From contig JAGLHE010000023.1 in NCBI GenBank assembly GCA_023143685.1, forward strand, positions 700 to 64,699: 64,000 bases of DNA. Reading direction: 5' to 3'. Below, one piece after another: positions 36,873-48,115 of the stretch; within the stretch, counting starts at the first letter, position 1; each line of letters begins with the position of its first letter. Below the pieces are notes generated by a model. That model did no database searches. It worked only from the letters and a program-made list of their open reading frames with translations, and was not told the DNA's origin. Source of the DNA: Candidatus Omnitrophota bacterium. GTDB taxonomy: Bacteria > Omnitrophota > Gorgyraeia > Zapsychrales > JANLHA01. Both the position numbers and the translations under genes were made by a program.

Positions 36873-38680
36873 GATAAAAATTTCTCCAACTCTTCGTCGG
36901 TTGTTTTACGCATAAACCTCTCAGCAAAGACACGGCCTTTCTTCTGGCGCTCAGCATATTCTTCATCGGGCAAACGGCTGATTTGCTCTATCGTAGTACT
37001 AAATTGCGAAGGCTCAAAGGCTTCCCACTTAAAATCCTGAAAATCCATCAGAGGATCCGGATTCAATGGATTTTCCACATCAATCCGCACAAGAGGAACT
37101 CCGTGCATTAATCCTTCTGCCGAAACCATCGAATGAACATAAACAAGCACATCCGCCCAAGCATAACTTTCTGCTAATGACTCTTGATCTGCCTTATAAA
37201 ACCTGAAAGACGGTTGCCCTGCGATCGCGATAGCCTTTTCCAGGGAATACACCGGATGCGGCCTGATCCATATCTCAAAAGGATCTTGATCCTTTACTGC
37301 AGCATCCAAAAAATGCAAGGTTTTCACATACTCATCCAAGTCGGTTGCTAATGCCACTAAAATACGCGTAGTGTCCTGCTTCTGCCTTCTTTTGTTCAAT
37401 CGTCCCTCATAAGGCTTTTGGCGTAACGCACACCCTGAATGCAAAAGCCCCTTTGGGAAATTGCCTTCTTGTTCTAAAAAATCCTTTGACGCCTCACCGA
37501 GAGTCAAGATACGATCCGGCAACGGGATCGACTTATGCTCCTGGGGGCCTAACAAAAAATTTGTATGTCTTAAAGAAAATGAGGCATGTTGATACCCGAC
37601 AACCTTTGTTGCAGACGAAAATTTACGCAAGGCCATAACCATCATCTTTTCAAATGACCTATTCTCAAACGGATAATAAAACACCTCCACATCAACCGCC
37701 GCACAGACATCTTTAACAGCATAATACGTCAAAAGATTCGCCAGACAATGGGTTGAGGTATACTCATAGCGCATAAACCGATTAACCAAAAGGCTAACAT
37801 CCACGTCCTTGACAAGAGGACAGCCCTTAATCTTTTCTCTTTTTATAAACCCAGCCAAGGCCTTAACAAAGCCTTTAAAGATATGCTTAAATGAGAGAAA
37901 ATATTCCTTAGGATAAATATGACAACCTGCGGCAAAATTCCTGGTTTTTCTCATCATGTCGCTATAAGGCGCACAAACCTCCATAAAGTTGATAAACGCA
38001 CGGCCTTTCTTTTTTAAGAACTCCGGAAATTCGCCAAAATACACATCCTGATAAGACTCTCCTTTAAATGAAGGATTATAAAGAAGCGACATAATCACGA
38101 TATGCTTATCCAGGCGTTTCCCAAACTTAGGCAGATAAAAATGCGCAAGCAATTTTCCTTTTATCACGACAAGCATCTTGTAAATAGCCGCCACAGGAAG
38201 AATTTCTTTTATGATCTTTTTAACATTAACACCTGTTATGCAATTAATGACCTTTACGTCATCACGGTCAGCACAATTCTCCTGCACCTGATGACAAATA
38301 TCAACATCATCACAGATCACAACCAAATGCTCAACGGCATCCTCTTTTAAAATAGCGTTAACCAACAAAGCATAAAACACGCAATTACATAATTTGGTTG
38401 TAATGGGATTCTTGTTAGTAAAATCATATGTCCACCACATCAACCCGGCATGCTTAATGTTAAGCTCTCCGATAAACTCTGCGTATATCTTCTCAAAACC
38501 TTGAATATATTTCTTCCCCTCAATGCTATGAATTTCAGGATACGTTACCCCTAAATAATCCAGAATATCTTTTGACGCGGCATCATATGTTATTTGCAAA
38601 ACAGACACAGATGGTAAGCTAACCCCTGCAATAACCTTTTGAAGTTTTTTGCGATTATTTACAAATATAACATGCTTCAT
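36851..38680 (-). CDS. Large uncharacterised protein with GT-B-like C-terminal domain (surface-carbohydrate biosynthesis candidate)
   Basis: About 609 aa from Met17 (ATG 38680, abutting the upstream stop). I see no family motif except the C-terminal pattern ILVALATD...[10 protein letters not shown]...[23 protein letters not shown], reminiscent of GT-B C-domains and of the HP motif of CMP-sugar transferases. Confidence 0.4.
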   Translation of the reverse strand: MKHVIFVNNRKKLQKVIAGVSLPSVSVLQITYDAASKDILDYLGVTYPEIHSIEGKKYIQGFEKIYAEFIGELNIKHAGLMWWTYDFTNKNPITTKLCNCVFYALLVNAILKEDAVEHLVVICDDVDICHQVQENCADRDDVKVINCITGVNVKKIIKEILPVAAIYKMLVVIKGKLLAHFYLPKFGKRLDKHIVIMSLLYNPSFKGESYQDVYFGEFPEFLKKKGRAFINFMEVCAPYSDMMRKTRNFAAGCHIYPKEYFLSFKHIFKGFVKALAGFIKREKIKGCPLVKDVDVSLLVNRFMRYEYTSTHCLANLLTYYAVKDVCAAVDVEVFYYPFENRSFEKMMVMALRKFSSATKVVGYQHASFSLRHTNFLLGPQEHKSIPLPDRILTLGEASKDFLEQEGNFPKGLLHSGCALRQKPYEGRLNKRRQKQDTTRILVALATDLDEYVKTLHFLDAAVKDQDPFEIWIRPHPVYSLEKAIAIAGQPSFRFYKADQESLAESYAWADVLVYVHSMVSAEGLMHGVPLVRIDVENPLNPDPLMDFQDFKWEAFEPSQFSTTIEQISRLPDEEYAERQKKGRVFAERFMRKTTDEELEKFLSCGLSKN

Positions 38681-39255
38681 ATTTTTTGATTTAACTCTCT
38701 GATAAGACGCGCAGGGTTCCCGGCCCAAACCGTAAAAGGAGGAATATTTTTTGTCACAACACTTCCAGCCCCTACTACGGCCCCCCTTCCAATGGTCACC
38801 CCTTTAAGGATAATGGAATGCCCTCCAATCCAGACATCATCTTCAATAACAACGGGCTTAGCCTGCTCATCAACTCCTTGACCTTGACGACGTTTCTGGA
38901 AATCCAGGGAATGAAAGTCTGTATCATAAATACACGTGTTAGCGCCGATATTAACGTGGTTACCAATTGTCACAGAATCAGCCGCATAGATCACTCCACC
39001 GGACATCCCCGAGTTATTTCCGATATGAATTTGACTATTGGAATAAGGTGCCGCGAGGATCACAGAATGATCGATTCCCGCCAAATTCACCCGTGAATCA
39101 CTATTCAAAACGACATGATCCTCGCAGATGATCCTGGCTTGCGGATGTTTACGGATCAGAGGGCGGCCAAAAGTCCTCAAGCCCTTCCCGAAGGAAACTC
39201 CTCTTAACCAACAATACATCCTCCCCAAAATAAAATAGACAATATACTTACTCAA
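38677..39255 (-). CDS. Hexapeptide-repeat (LbH) acetyltransferase
   Basis: [22 protein letters not shown]...[51 protein letters not shown] is the typical WbbJ/LacA-type O-acetyltransferase core. Confidence 0.88.
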   Translation of the reverse strand: MSKYIVYFILGRMYCWLRGVSFGKGLRTFGRPLIRKHPQARIICEDHVVLNSDSRVNLAGIDHSVILAAPYSNSQIHIGNNSGMSGGVIYAADSVTIGNHVNIGANTCIYDTDFHSLDFQKRRQGQGVDEQAKPVVIEDDVWIGGHSIILKGVTIGRGAVVGAGSVVTKNIPPFTVWAGNPARLIRELNQKI

Positions 39256-39285
39256 GATATCTCCCTCCTAAAAAACACACGCGTT

Positions 39286-40278
39286 TCATTGGTCTAATTC
39301 TTTAATCAACGGGATAAGAACTTTCGCCCATTGAGCATAAGCTTTCTTATTTAAATGGACCCCATCCTTGGTATACTTTAAACTTAATTTCTTATCAACG
39401 GATAGCACCTGATTAAGATCACAAAAAGTGATATCCTGCGCTAACGCATACGACTTCAACATGCCGTTAAGCTTTTCAACACTGATATTAACCTGCTCCC
39501 ATCCCTCCTTATTTGTATACAAGGTCGACTGAATCACCGGGATAATATTTTTCTCTTTTAGCCGTTCTATCATCAATTGAAAATTCGCAAAGATTTGTTC
39601 TGGTTCGTACATCCTCAAATCGTTGACCCCCCCCATCACAAAACACAACCGAGGCGAATGCGCATGAATATCATCCAACCGCAACAGAAACCCTTCGGTC
39701 ATATCGCCGCCAACACCATAATTAAAAACATCATCAAGGTTAAGAAGCGTCGACCAGTCGCCATTGCGGGTCAAAGAATCCCCCAGCATGACAATCCGAA
39801 TTTTCTTCTTATGCAAACGAATCGCATCAACAGCTTCATAAAACACCGTGGAAATAAACGGCTTTAAGATAGGAATCTTTATCTTTTCATGAACGCTAAA
39901 GCGAAAAATCATGTCCTTACCGGCCAAGGGACCAGCATTAAAACGCATCTTCATATCTTTCTGTTCGCCGCGGCCTATCCCCAATATCCCCTTCTCTAAA
40001 AAAGAAAACGGTGAAGAATACCCTTCTAACAGGATCGCCGGTTCCTTACCGCGTGATGTCTCTAAAAGTTTTTCACTCGCATAGATTTCATAATCAAAAA
40101 CAACATAATCGACCAGTTTCCAAGCATCTTTTTTATCCGCAAATTCCGAACTCGTATTATATAAAACAGTCTCCTCAGATACGGCAGATCCCGTCCCGGC
40201 AAAAAAAAGCAAGAAAATCAGCCCCCCCCGAAAAAAACAACGCGTAAAAAACTTTTCTATTATCCCTCTATACATCAT
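39286..40278 (-). CDS. SGNH/GDSL hydrolase-family esterase with N-terminal signal or anchor
   Basis: Block I RIVMLGDSLTRNGDW, then FVMGGVND and KDGVHLN. Hydrophobic N-terminus. Start taken at ATG 40278, forming an ATGA overlap with the upstream stop. Confidence 0.8.
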   Translation of the reverse strand: MMYRGIIEKFFTRCFFRGGLIFLLFFAGTGSAVSEETVLYNTSSEFADKKDAWKLVDYVVFDYEIYASEKLLETSRGKEPAILLEGYSSPFSFLEKGILGIGRGEQKDMKMRFNAGPLAGKDMIFRFSVHEKIKIPILKPFISTVFYEAVDAIRLHKKKIRIVMLGDSLTRNGDWSTLLNLDDVFNYGVGGDMTEGFLLRLDDIHAHSPRLCFVMGGVNDLRMYEPEQIFANFQLMIERLKEKNIIPVIQSTLYTNKEGWEQVNISVEKLNGMLKSYALAQDITFCDLNQVLSVDKKLSLKYTKDGVHLNKKAYAQWAKVLIPLIKELDQ

Positions 40279-41243
40279 AGACTTTTTCTTCCCTCCGATC
40301 TCTTTGCTAAAGCCCGAATCCAAATTCCTTGTGGATTCCGAAAACTCGCACCCAAGTGACGGTCAAAAAACCATACAGAAAAAGATGCCGGCAACCATTT
40401 GCGCAATTTATAGACAATCCGTACAATTAACTTCTCTTTGGGCGAGGTTCCTTTGCTATTGATAAAGGCTTTGGCTCCATCTTTCCCAAACCGCTCAACA
40501 ACCTCTGCGCGCAAACCAACTGCTTTAAATAACTTTCGCAAATTTTCTTCATTAAAAAACAAAAGATGTGGGAATACATTACTTTTGAAACGGTAATCCT
40601 GATACGGGACATCGACAAATAAAACCCCATCAGGATTAAGACGACCGACAACTTCTTTCAAAAACATTTTGGGATCCGGCAAATGTTCAATAATATGCGA
40701 AAGGATCACAACATCAAAAGTCCCTTCAAGTGTAGACACAGATTCCGAGGCCTCAAATCGAACATACGAAAAAGATTTTTCCCACGTTTTAATAAGAGAA
40801 CCGCGCAAATACGGGTCCGCCTCAACCGCGCAATATCGTTCCAGACGAAGCTGTTTATCTTTTGCGGCAGCCATACCAAGAAATCCTTGCCCCGCGCCAA
40901 CATCCAAAACAGAAATCTCTTTTTTATTTCCCTGATTATTTAAATATATGCTGATAAACTTCCACTGTGCCTGCGCGACCGCGCATCTTCCTGGATACTC
41001 GCGTGCTGTTAAAATCTTCGTTTCGCTATCCTGCCAATACTGTCCTTTTTGATACAATTTTTCTAATTGCTCGTCAGATAATAAAGGATACGCTACCCCA
41101 AGCCCGCACTGCTGACAAAAACGAATTTCTTGAGGACACGCATCCAGCGATTCATCACATGGATAAGATATGGTCTCATCGGATGCGCCCTCAAATTCCC
41201 AAGCACACGCAGGGCATGTCAAAAGCATGGTTTCATTTATCAT
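40275..41243 (-). CDS. Class I SAM-dependent methyltransferase with N-terminal zinc-ribbon
   Basis: CPAC...CQQC cysteine pairs at the N-terminus, motif I VLDVGAGQGFLG, and FDVVILSHIIEHLPDPKMFLKEVVGRLNPDGVLFV. Confidence 0.78.
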   Translation of the reverse strand: MINETMLLTCPACAWEFEGASDETISYPCDESLDACPQEIRFCQQCGLGVAYPLLSDEQLEKLYQKGQYWQDSETKILTAREYPGRCAVAQAQWKFISIYLNNQGNKKEISVLDVGAGQGFLGMAAAKDKQLRLERYCAVEADPYLRGSLIKTWEKSFSYVRFEASESVSTLEGTFDVVILSHIIEHLPDPKMFLKEVVGRLNPDGVLFVDVPYQDYRFKSNVFPHLLFFNEENLRKLFKAVGLRAEVVERFGKDGAKAFINSKGTSPKEKLIVRIVYKLRKWLPASFSVWFFDRHLGASFRNPQGIWIRALAKRSEGRKSL

Positions 41244-42165
41244 CGGACAGATAATCCACTAAATTCTTAACCGCCTCTGTTTCCATCTGAAGACGGGATT
41301 CTTTTGTCAAAGTCGCCACATGTGGCGTTAAAATGACGTTATCACATTCACACAACAGGCCGGTATAGGGCTCCTGAGAATAAACATCCAATGCGGCTCC
41401 GGCTAAATGCCCGTTTTTAAGAGCTTCATGCAAAGCTGTCTCATCCAAAAAATTTCCTCGGGCAACATTAATCACAAAAGATCCTTGTTTCATCATAGCA
41501 ATCTCCTCTTTGCCAAGCTGAAAAGGATTATCTGCTGAAAAGCTAAGATGAATACTTAAGATATCGGATATTTTCAAAAGCTCGTTTAAGGACACTAACT
41601 TGACACCTGCTTTTTCAACCCATGCATGGTCTGGTGCAATATCCGCGCCGTAAACATCAGCCCCTAACGCCAGCATCATCTCCGCCACTCTTTTTCCGAT
41701 CCGCCCTAACCCGAGGACGCCCACCTTCTTACCTTGCAGCAAAAACCCTGTCATACGTTGCCATTTTTTTTCCCTCATAAGCAGTGTATATTGTGTCACA
41801 TTCCTTAAAAGATCAAAGGCAAAAGCAACTGTCAATTCCGCCACTGGCGGGACAATCACATCTGGAGTATTACAGACCACAATCCCTCTTTCTTTTGCCA
41901 TGGCCAAATTAATGCTATCGATGCCGACACCACACCGGCTGATACACTGCAAATTCGGCAAGTGGTCAAAAACTTCCTTATCATAAGGCTCCACTCCGGC
42001 AACAACGCCGGTACAATCTTTTCCCTGCGCAATCAGTTCTTCTTTCGTGATCCTCTTCCCCGATTCGTTAACGATAAAAGGAATTCCGCTTTCCTTGAGG
42101 ATATTAAGCGGCTCATCCCCTTGCTGTGCAAAGGTTGATAACGTAACAAATATTTTATGATCCAT
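41233..42165 (-). CDS. D-isomer-specific 2-hydroxyacid dehydrogenase (phosphoglycerate dehydrogenase-like)
   Basis: GKKVGVLGLGRIGKRVAEMM NAD-binding loop, NVARGNFLDE, and AALDVYSQEP...VILTPHVA motifs. Confidence 0.85.
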   Translation of the reverse strand: MDHKIFVTLSTFAQQGDEPLNILKESGIPFIVNESGKRITKEELIAQGKDCTGVVAGVEPYDKEVFDHLPNLQCISRCGVGIDSINLAMAKERGIVVCNTPDVIVPPVAELTVAFAFDLLRNVTQYTLLMREKKWQRMTGFLLQGKKVGVLGLGRIGKRVAEMMLALGADVYGADIAPDHAWVEKAGVKLVSLNELLKISDILSIHLSFSADNPFQLGKEEIAMMKQGSFVINVARGNFLDETALHEALKNGHLAGAALDVYSQEPYTGLLCECDNVILTPHVATLTKESRLQMETEAVKNLVDYLSDDK

Positions 42166-42192
42166 TTTGAAATTTCCTCTTAAGCTTCATTC

Positions 42193-44085
42193 TTATCCCG
42201 GGACCTTAACGTTTTCAGGCTGTTTTTTGACAAACAAAAACTCAAACTTCTTTTTTACATAAGAGAGACACGGAAACCGTTTATAAAAATTCCGCAACTT
42301 TGTGTAAGAAATCCGTTTAATATCCTGCGGCCAGGTTTTCAATATCAAACATCGCAACGGATGTTTCCGTAAAATAATATCACCTAAAACTAAATAATTA
42401 ATATTCGTGCTGATAAAACAATAAATCGCATCTTCGGGTGTTTCAACAATCGGCTCTCCCGCAACATTAAATGATGTATTAAGGATCACAGGAACCCCGG
42501 TCAATTCGTAATAAGCCTTGACCACCTCATAATATATCCCATTATCCGCTTGTGTTATCGTCTGAACGCGTGCTGTGTTATCTACGTGGGTAATCGCAGG
42601 TAACGGTTGTTTGGCCACGACCTTGGCAATCAACAGCATAAACGGGCTCGGACAATCCAGTTCAAAATAGTCACTATTATGTTCGGCCAAAATCACCGGG
42701 GCAAAAGGACGGAACATCTCACGGTGCTTCACACGCCGGTTTAAAACATCTTTCATATCCGGAAACCGCGTATCACACAAAATACTTCGATGCCCTAACG
42801 CCCGCGGGCCAAATTCAGACCCGCCTTGAAACCAGCCGATAATATTCTTTTTAGAAAGAAGTTCACTTGTTTTCTTAACAACGTTCTCCGCCTTGATCGG
42901 CGAACACCAAAACCGGTTCTTTTCAATAGCCTTGACAATTTCTTCGTCGGAATATGACCTTCCTAAATAGGCATTTCTCATCTCCCAGACACTGGGGTTA
43001 TTTTGATATTTCACCCACCCTAATAGGGCATTGCCAAGCGCGCATCCATCGTCGCTCGCCGCAGGCTGGACAAAAATATTCTCAAAAGGCGTATTATCTA
43101 AAATCTTCTTATTCGCTACACTGTTTAATGCAATCCCACCTGCCAGGCAAAGATTTTTTGATTGTGTCTTTTGATACGCATCATTAGCGATCTTGATCAA
43201 GACCTCTTCAAGAACATATTGCACGGCGGCAGCAACGTCTTTATCGACCTGCCGCAAAGGCTCCCAAGGTTTACGCGGCTGCCCGAACCGGCCGGAATAG
43301 AATTCTTTAGAAATATCATTCCATTTATTAAATTGATAATCTTCCTGAATACTTAATTCACCATTTTCATAATGGACCGCATCCATAAAATCTTTATACA
43401 ATCGATCCGTGCCATACGGGGCCAACCCCATGGTCTTGCCTTCATCCCCAGTTTTAAAACCTATGAACATCGTTGCTGACTGATAAAAATCACCCAACGA
43501 ACAATGTTTTTTATTCGAAAGATATCCGCTTGACGGGACTCCATCTAAACACTGCATCAGCAAATCAATATCTTTGTCATGCCCATGGTAAATTGAAACA
43601 CGTTCTTCATATTGCTCTTCTTGACCGGTCTGGTCATTTTTCTTTGAAAACAAGTTGCCCCCACCATCAGCGATAATGATCGCGGCATCTTTAAATCCCG
43701 ACGGGTAAAATGCGCTCGCCGCATGGCCCAGATGATGACCGACAATATGAACTTTTTGCGGATCCACTTCTTCAGGAAACTGACGCAAAATCTCTTCCCG
43801 TTCAAGATCGCGGGTCCGATAATCCAGATAACTCGCCACTATACTGGTTGAGACAACAAACAAATCAACATCCGTAATATGAACCTTCGCGGCATCCAGG
43901 CAATATTGAATAGATTCTTTCGGCAAATGTTTACTCGTCATCCCCTCGGCATCAATCCCCCCGGTATATCTCTTAATACGATTGAGCCGCTCTTCGGAAA
44001 TAGCATAAAGAACCTGACCATTCTTTAAAAGAGCCGCTGAGATATCATGGCTCACATTAATCCCTAAAATATAAACATCACTCAT
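42193..44085 (-). CDS. Carbamoyltransferase (NodU/CmcH family)
   Basis: YILGINVSHDISAALLKNGQVLYAISEERLNRIK, HHLGHAASAFYPSGF, LAGGIALN and NTSFNVAGEPIV. 630 aa is typical for the family. Confidence 0.9.
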   Translation of the reverse strand: MSDVYILGINVSHDISAALLKNGQVLYAISEERLNRIKRYTGGIDAEGMTSKHLPKESIQYCLDAAKVHITDVDLFVVSTSIVASYLDYRTRDLEREEILRQFPEEVDPQKVHIVGHHLGHAASAFYPSGFKDAAIIIADGGGNLFSKKNDQTGQEEQYEERVSIYHGHDKDIDLLMQCLDGVPSSGYLSNKKHCSLGDFYQSATMFIGFKTGDEGKTMGLAPYGTDRLYKDFMDAVHYENGELSIQEDYQFNKWNDISKEFYSGRFGQPRKPWEPLRQVDKDVAAAVQYVLEEVLIKIANDAYQKTQSKNLCLAGGIALNSVANKKILDNTPFENIFVQPAASDDGCALGNALLGWVKYQNNPSVWEMRNAYLGRSYSDEEIVKAIEKNRFWCSPIKAENVVKKTSELLSKKNIIGWFQGGSEFGPRALGHRSILCDTRFPDMKDVLNRRVKHREMFRPFAPVILAEHNSDYFELDCPSPFMLLIAKVVAKQPLPAITHVDNTARVQTITQADNGIYYEVVKAYYELTGVPVILNTSFNVAGEPIVETPEDAIYCFISTNINYLVLGDIILRKHPLRCLILKTWPQDIKRISYTKLRNFYKRFPCLSYVKKKFEFLFVKKQPENVKVPG

Positions 44086-44188
44086 TGTATTCCTTTCTGC
44101 GAGAAACTTTTATTTTGCATTTTCTGAACGAGCATAAAAGCCCTACGCGTATTATTCAGTGTTGCTAAGGTCACAAAAACCTTGCTCA

Positions 44189-44920
44189 TCATTTTTTCTC
44201 TTCAACACAAAGAAACGACTGTCCAGTGTAGGCATAAGAAAACCATGGCTCAAATACCAGGTTAGAATTTCCTGAAAACTCCCGAAAAGCCCTGCGCTCT
44301 CCTTTATTATTATCTGCTGAAAAGGTATTATAATCATCCATCAATAAAACCGTTCCTGTTTGGATGAACTTTCCACAAATTTCCAGCACATCTTTTGCAG
44401 ATTCATACAAATCGCAATCAATATTAATAATTGCTGCTTTCTTGTCACCAACATTTGTATAAAGCTTATCTTGTGTATCTTTAAACAACCCCTGATATAG
44501 CTGCAACTGTGGAGCTTTTAACCCATTCCTTTGACATCGATTGGAGACAACGTCATATTCCGCAAGAAAATTTCCTTTAGCAAAAGTGGGATTATCCTCC
44601 TGGTTTTCCGGCATACCCGCAAAAGTATCCAACGCATGAAAACACGGAACATGGCCGCTGTAGTTCTTGGCGGTTTCCCGACGCCAAAATTCATCACTGA
44701 CCAACTGATGATCAATCCAATTCTTAGCTATTTTATAATTCTTAAAACTTTCAATTAAAGAATCACCTGTATACACCCCGAACTCAAAATAATCTCCTTC
44801 AATAAAACTTGTATATATATATCCCCACGCCCGATGCAAAGCGCCAGAGCGGTCATTTTTATTAATGTTTCCCCTAACAAATTTCTGATTTATATAATCC
44901 CGAAGCCATCTTCTCAGCAT
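44189..44920 (-). CDS. TylF/MycF-like class I SAM-dependent (O-)methyltransferase
   Basis: GDYFEFGVYTGDSL and AIINIDCDLYESAKDVLEICGKFIQTGTVLLMDDY resemble the macrocin-O-methyltransferase family. Confidence 0.65.
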   Translation of the reverse strand: MLRRWLRDYINQKFVRGNINKNDRSGALHRAWGYIYTSFIEGDYFEFGVYTGDSLIESFKNYKIAKNWIDHQLVSDEFWRRETAKNYSGHVPCFHALDTFAGMPENQEDNPTFAKGNFLAEYDVVSNRCQRNGLKAPQLQLYQGLFKDTQDKLYTNVGDKKAAIINIDCDLYESAKDVLEICGKFIQTGTVLLMDDYNTFSADNNKGERRAFREFSGNSNLVFEPWFSYAYTGQSFLCVEEKK

Positions 44921-45705
44921 CAGCCTCCTCCTCTTTTTAAAATCTGATTGTAGATGTTTTTCTGCTCGTGCTCTCTTTCTAAAATTTTTTCTACGATATC
45001 GACATCTCCGGGATTATCTACTCCATACAATTCTTTATCATAAATAACACCGCGGATTGCGAATCCATGTTCAAGGGTACGAAAAAAATCCACCGACTCT
45101 GTGATTTCAAGCGGTGTAGGGGCTAAACGGGAAAACTCAACCAAAAATTTTTTCGTGAAGGCCGACAACCCTGTTTGCCGGTACAACGGGACATCCTCCC
45201 CTTTTACACGACGATAAGGAACCGATGCTCGAGAAAAATAGAGCACATTACTCTTTTGGTCTAACAAGGCCTTAACAATATCTGTATTCTGGATGTCTTC
45301 TTCCTTTTTAATTGTCGAAAGTAAATTCGTGCAGACGATTTCCTCATCCTGAAACATCGGTTCAACGAGTTGCTTAGCTACTTCCGGCATAAACAACGGC
45401 TCATCCCCCTGAACAATAATAACGATATCCGCATCAATATCCTGGGTCGCTTCTTCAACGCGATCTGTACACCGCTCATGCGTATTAGCGGTCATCACAG
45501 CTTTGCCGCCATGGGCTTGAACCGCATCAACAATCTCTTGGTCGCATGTCGCGACCACAACATCATCAACGACATCCGACAAAATAACCCGTCGTCGCAC
45601 ATGCTCGATCATCGGCAAATCCAAAATTTGCGCCAAAGGTTTTCCTGGAAACCGCGAGGCCCCCATCCGGGCCGGAATGACCGCAATAACTTTTTTTTGC
45701 GACAT
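44920..45705 (-). CDS. KdsB-like cytidylyltransferase (CMP-3-deoxy-ulosonic acid synthetase family)
   Basis: VIAVIPARMGASRFPGKPLAQILDLPMIEHV, VVVATCDQEIVDAV..GGKAVMT, TDRVEEA and IVQGDEPL follow the KdsB pattern closely. Confidence 0.82.
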   Translation of the reverse strand: MSQKKVIAVIPARMGASRFPGKPLAQILDLPMIEHVRRRVILSDVVDDVVVATCDQEIVDAVQAHGGKAVMTANTHERCTDRVEEATQDIDADIVIIVQGDEPLFMPEVAKQLVEPMFQDEEIVCTNLLSTIKKEEDIQNTDIVKALLDQKSNVLYFSRASVPYRRVKGEDVPLYRQTGLSAFTKKFLVEFSRLAPTPLEITESVDFFRTLEHGFAIRGVIYDKELYGVDNPGDVDIVEKILEREHEQKNIYNQILKRGGG

Positions 45706-45728
45706 ATATACAACCTATTCTAAAATGA

Positions 45729-46496
45729 TTACTGTGGTAAAACTCCGCAATCGACATTCAGTGACTGCCCTGTAATGGCTGACGCCTCATCCGAAGCAAA
45801 AAACAAGCATGTCTGCGCGACTTCACGTCCTAAAGGAAGCCGTTTAAGCGCTGCTTGTTGTGCTGCAAAATCCTTTAAGTATTTTTGTGTATTTTTCCCT
45901 TGAGTTGGAGACTGGTTGTTATCCAAAGCATCCAACAAACCCTTTGTCTGAACATACACAGGACAAATCGCGTTGACACGGATCCCCGATGGCCCTAATT
46001 CCTTAGCCAATGCCTGTGTTAACCCGGTTACACCAAACTTTGACGCGCAATAAACGGAATTATTCGCGCTTCCTCGCCTACCGGCAAGGCTTGAAATATT
46101 AATAATGCTCCCGCCCTTTTTTAATTTTGTTGACGCGATTTTGCACCCCCAAAAAGTCCCTTTAAGGTTCGTATCAATCATCTCATCCCAAAAAAGCTCA
46201 TCAATTTCCTTAACCGGCCTCCAGGAGGAGAACCCAGCACAGTTAATATAAACATCTAACTGTTTTGTCCACTGGATTGCCATTTTCACAAGGGCCTGAT
46301 GGCCTTCTTCCTCTCGCACATCCATAGGACAAAACTTCGCACGCTGCCCCAGTCTTTTTGCCAAGCCATTATCTTTACGAGATCCAACAACAACATGATA
46401 ACCTGCCGCATAAAATTCCTTGGCAATCGCCGCACCGATCCCCTTCGTCCCACCCGTAATAATAACTGTTTTATTCTTTAACTTTTTCATACACAC
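45729..46496 (-). CDS. Short-chain dehydrogenase/reductase (SDR)
   Basis: TGGTKGIGAAIAKEF, NISS and YCASKFGV (YxxxK). Confidence 0.88.
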   Translation of the reverse strand: MCMKKLKNKTVIITGGTKGIGAAIAKEFYAAGYHVVVGSRKDNGLAKRLGQRAKFCPMDVREEEGHQALVKMAIQWTKQLDVYINCAGFSSWRPVKEIDELFWDEMIDTNLKGTFWGCKIASTKLKKGGSIINISSLAGRRGSANNSVYCASKFGVTGLTQALAKELGPSGIRVNAICPVYVQTKGLLDALDNNQSPTQGKNTQKYLKDFAAQQAALKRLPLGREVAQTCLFFASDEASAITGQSLNVDCGVLPQ

Positions 46497-46512
46497 ATTC
46501 CTTTAAAAGTTT

Positions 46513-48090
46513 TTAATGATTCTTAATGACAACCTCTGAAACATCAAAATCATTTAATACAGGTGCCGAATCAGCAATCTCAGGGATAGGATCATAACGC
46601 TCATCATTCTTTCTAAAATTCTTATCCCTGAAATATTTAACCAATTTACAATATAGCCAATAGGACACTTGGTTGGGGAGTTCACAAAAACGGACGATCG
46701 GATACATCCATTTGGGAACAGACACATAAAGTATAAATGTCTTTAAAAGCCCATACTGCTCTTGTTTGCTGATCCTGTCATTGCGGATAACCGTATCAAC
46801 GTCATAATTCACCATCGGGACATCTTCATCAATATATCCCTTCTTTAGGCAATACTCCCTTAAGACCGTTCCCGCAAAAGGATAAACAAACCCGGCACAT
46901 GTCACGCCGGGGTCAGACTGCCGGTTGGCCTCGATAGTATCAAAAATCTCCTTGCGTCCTTCTTCCGGTAAGCCCAACAGATTAAAAGCAGTCGTTCTTA
47001 AACGCTTGCGATTGCATAACTGAAACGTCTCAACAATCTGCTTGTTAGTCATATGACGGTTTAAAATCTTTTTTCTTAAATGATCATTTCCTGATTCAAG
47101 CCCGAAGCTTAAAGAAATACACCCCATGTCTTTTAAAATATCCACCTTTTCCTCATTAAGGTAACCGACCTTGCCAAAGGCAATGAATGGCAGACCGATT
47201 TCCTTTTTATAAAACTCGGCAAATTCCCGCATTTTCGACACATTCCACGGCATCATGATCTCATCCATGAACCTGAGGATATCCGGCTTATAATTTTCCT
47301 TAATGAACTTCAGATCCGCGATCGCTTTGGGAAAACTCTTTTCTCTATGATACCGACAATCTTTTTTGTAGAGTTTTCTCAAATAGAAATTGATGCACTC
47401 AAAACAATTGAAGTGGCATCCCCTGCTCATCTCAACATCCATGATGCGATAGACCTTACCCCAGAATGGTCGATAAAGATGTTTTTGGCTGAAACCGGTA
47501 CAATCAGGGACCGGGATATTGTCCAGATCAACGAACGGCCGCACCTCATTACGAATAATCTTGCCGTTTTTCTTCATCCAGACATTCTTAACCGCGGTAA
47601 TATCCTGTCCCTTCTCTATCCGGTCGACCAGTTCGACCAAGGCCTCTTCCCCTTCCCCGACACAAAGCATGTCCACACAATCAAGGTTGATCGTGTCTTC
47701 CGGGTCAACCGTCGGGTGGATGCCGCCGAAGATAGTCAACAAGTCAGGATATTTTTTCTTGATCAGTTCCGCGAGCCGTTTTGAATAAAGAAAATCATTG
47801 GACATCAACGAGAACGCAACAATGTCCGGATGAAAATCATCAATGACGCTCATTAGTTCCTCACCAACGTCACAATCCTTTGACCGGATATAACTGGAGA
47901 TATCCACCGGCTTAAAGAAACCCATGGCCTGATAACGCTCGGTGATCTCCTGAAAATTCGAAGAAAGAAATGTCGTATCAAAAACAAGGACATCATGTCC
48001 TGCTTTCTTTAAACATGCCTGTAGAACCGTTATCCCGATAGGGATGGACTGCGCGCCAACTTCGTTAGGTCTTACAAATAAAACTTTCAT
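46513..48090 (-). CDS. B12-binding-domain radical SAM protein
   Basis: N-terminal cobalamin-binding-like Rossmann segment (MKVLFVRPNE..IPIGITVLQACLKKAGHDVLVFD ... GGIHPT). Radical SAM CX3CX2C motif in MSRGCHFNCFEC. Confidence 0.82.
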   Translation of the reverse strand: MKVLFVRPNEVGAQSIPIGITVLQACLKKAGHDVLVFDTTFLSSNFQEITERYQAMGFFKPVDISSYIRSKDCDVGEELMSVIDDFHPDIVAFSLMSNDFLYSKRLAELIKKKYPDLLTIFGGIHPTVDPEDTINLDCVDMLCVGEGEEALVELVDRIEKGQDITAVKNVWMKKNGKIIRNEVRPFVDLDNIPVPDCTGFSQKHLYRPFWGKVYRIMDVEMSRGCHFNCFECINFYLRKLYKKDCRYHREKSFPKAIADLKFIKENYKPDILRFMDEIMMPWNVSKMREFAEFYKKEIGLPFIAFGKVGYLNEEKVDILKDMGCISLSFGLESGNDHLRKKILNRHMTNKQIVETFQLCNRKRLRTTAFNLLGLPEEGRKEIFDTIEANRQSDPGVTCAGFVYPFAGTVLREYCLKKGYIDEDVPMVNYDVDTVIRNDRISKQEQYGLLKTFILYVSVPKWMYPIVRFCELPNQVSYWLYCKLVKYFRDKNFRKNDERYDPIPEIADSAPVLNDFDVSEVVIKNH

Positions 48091-48115
48091 TTGATCTAAT
48101 TTCCATTTATTAATG

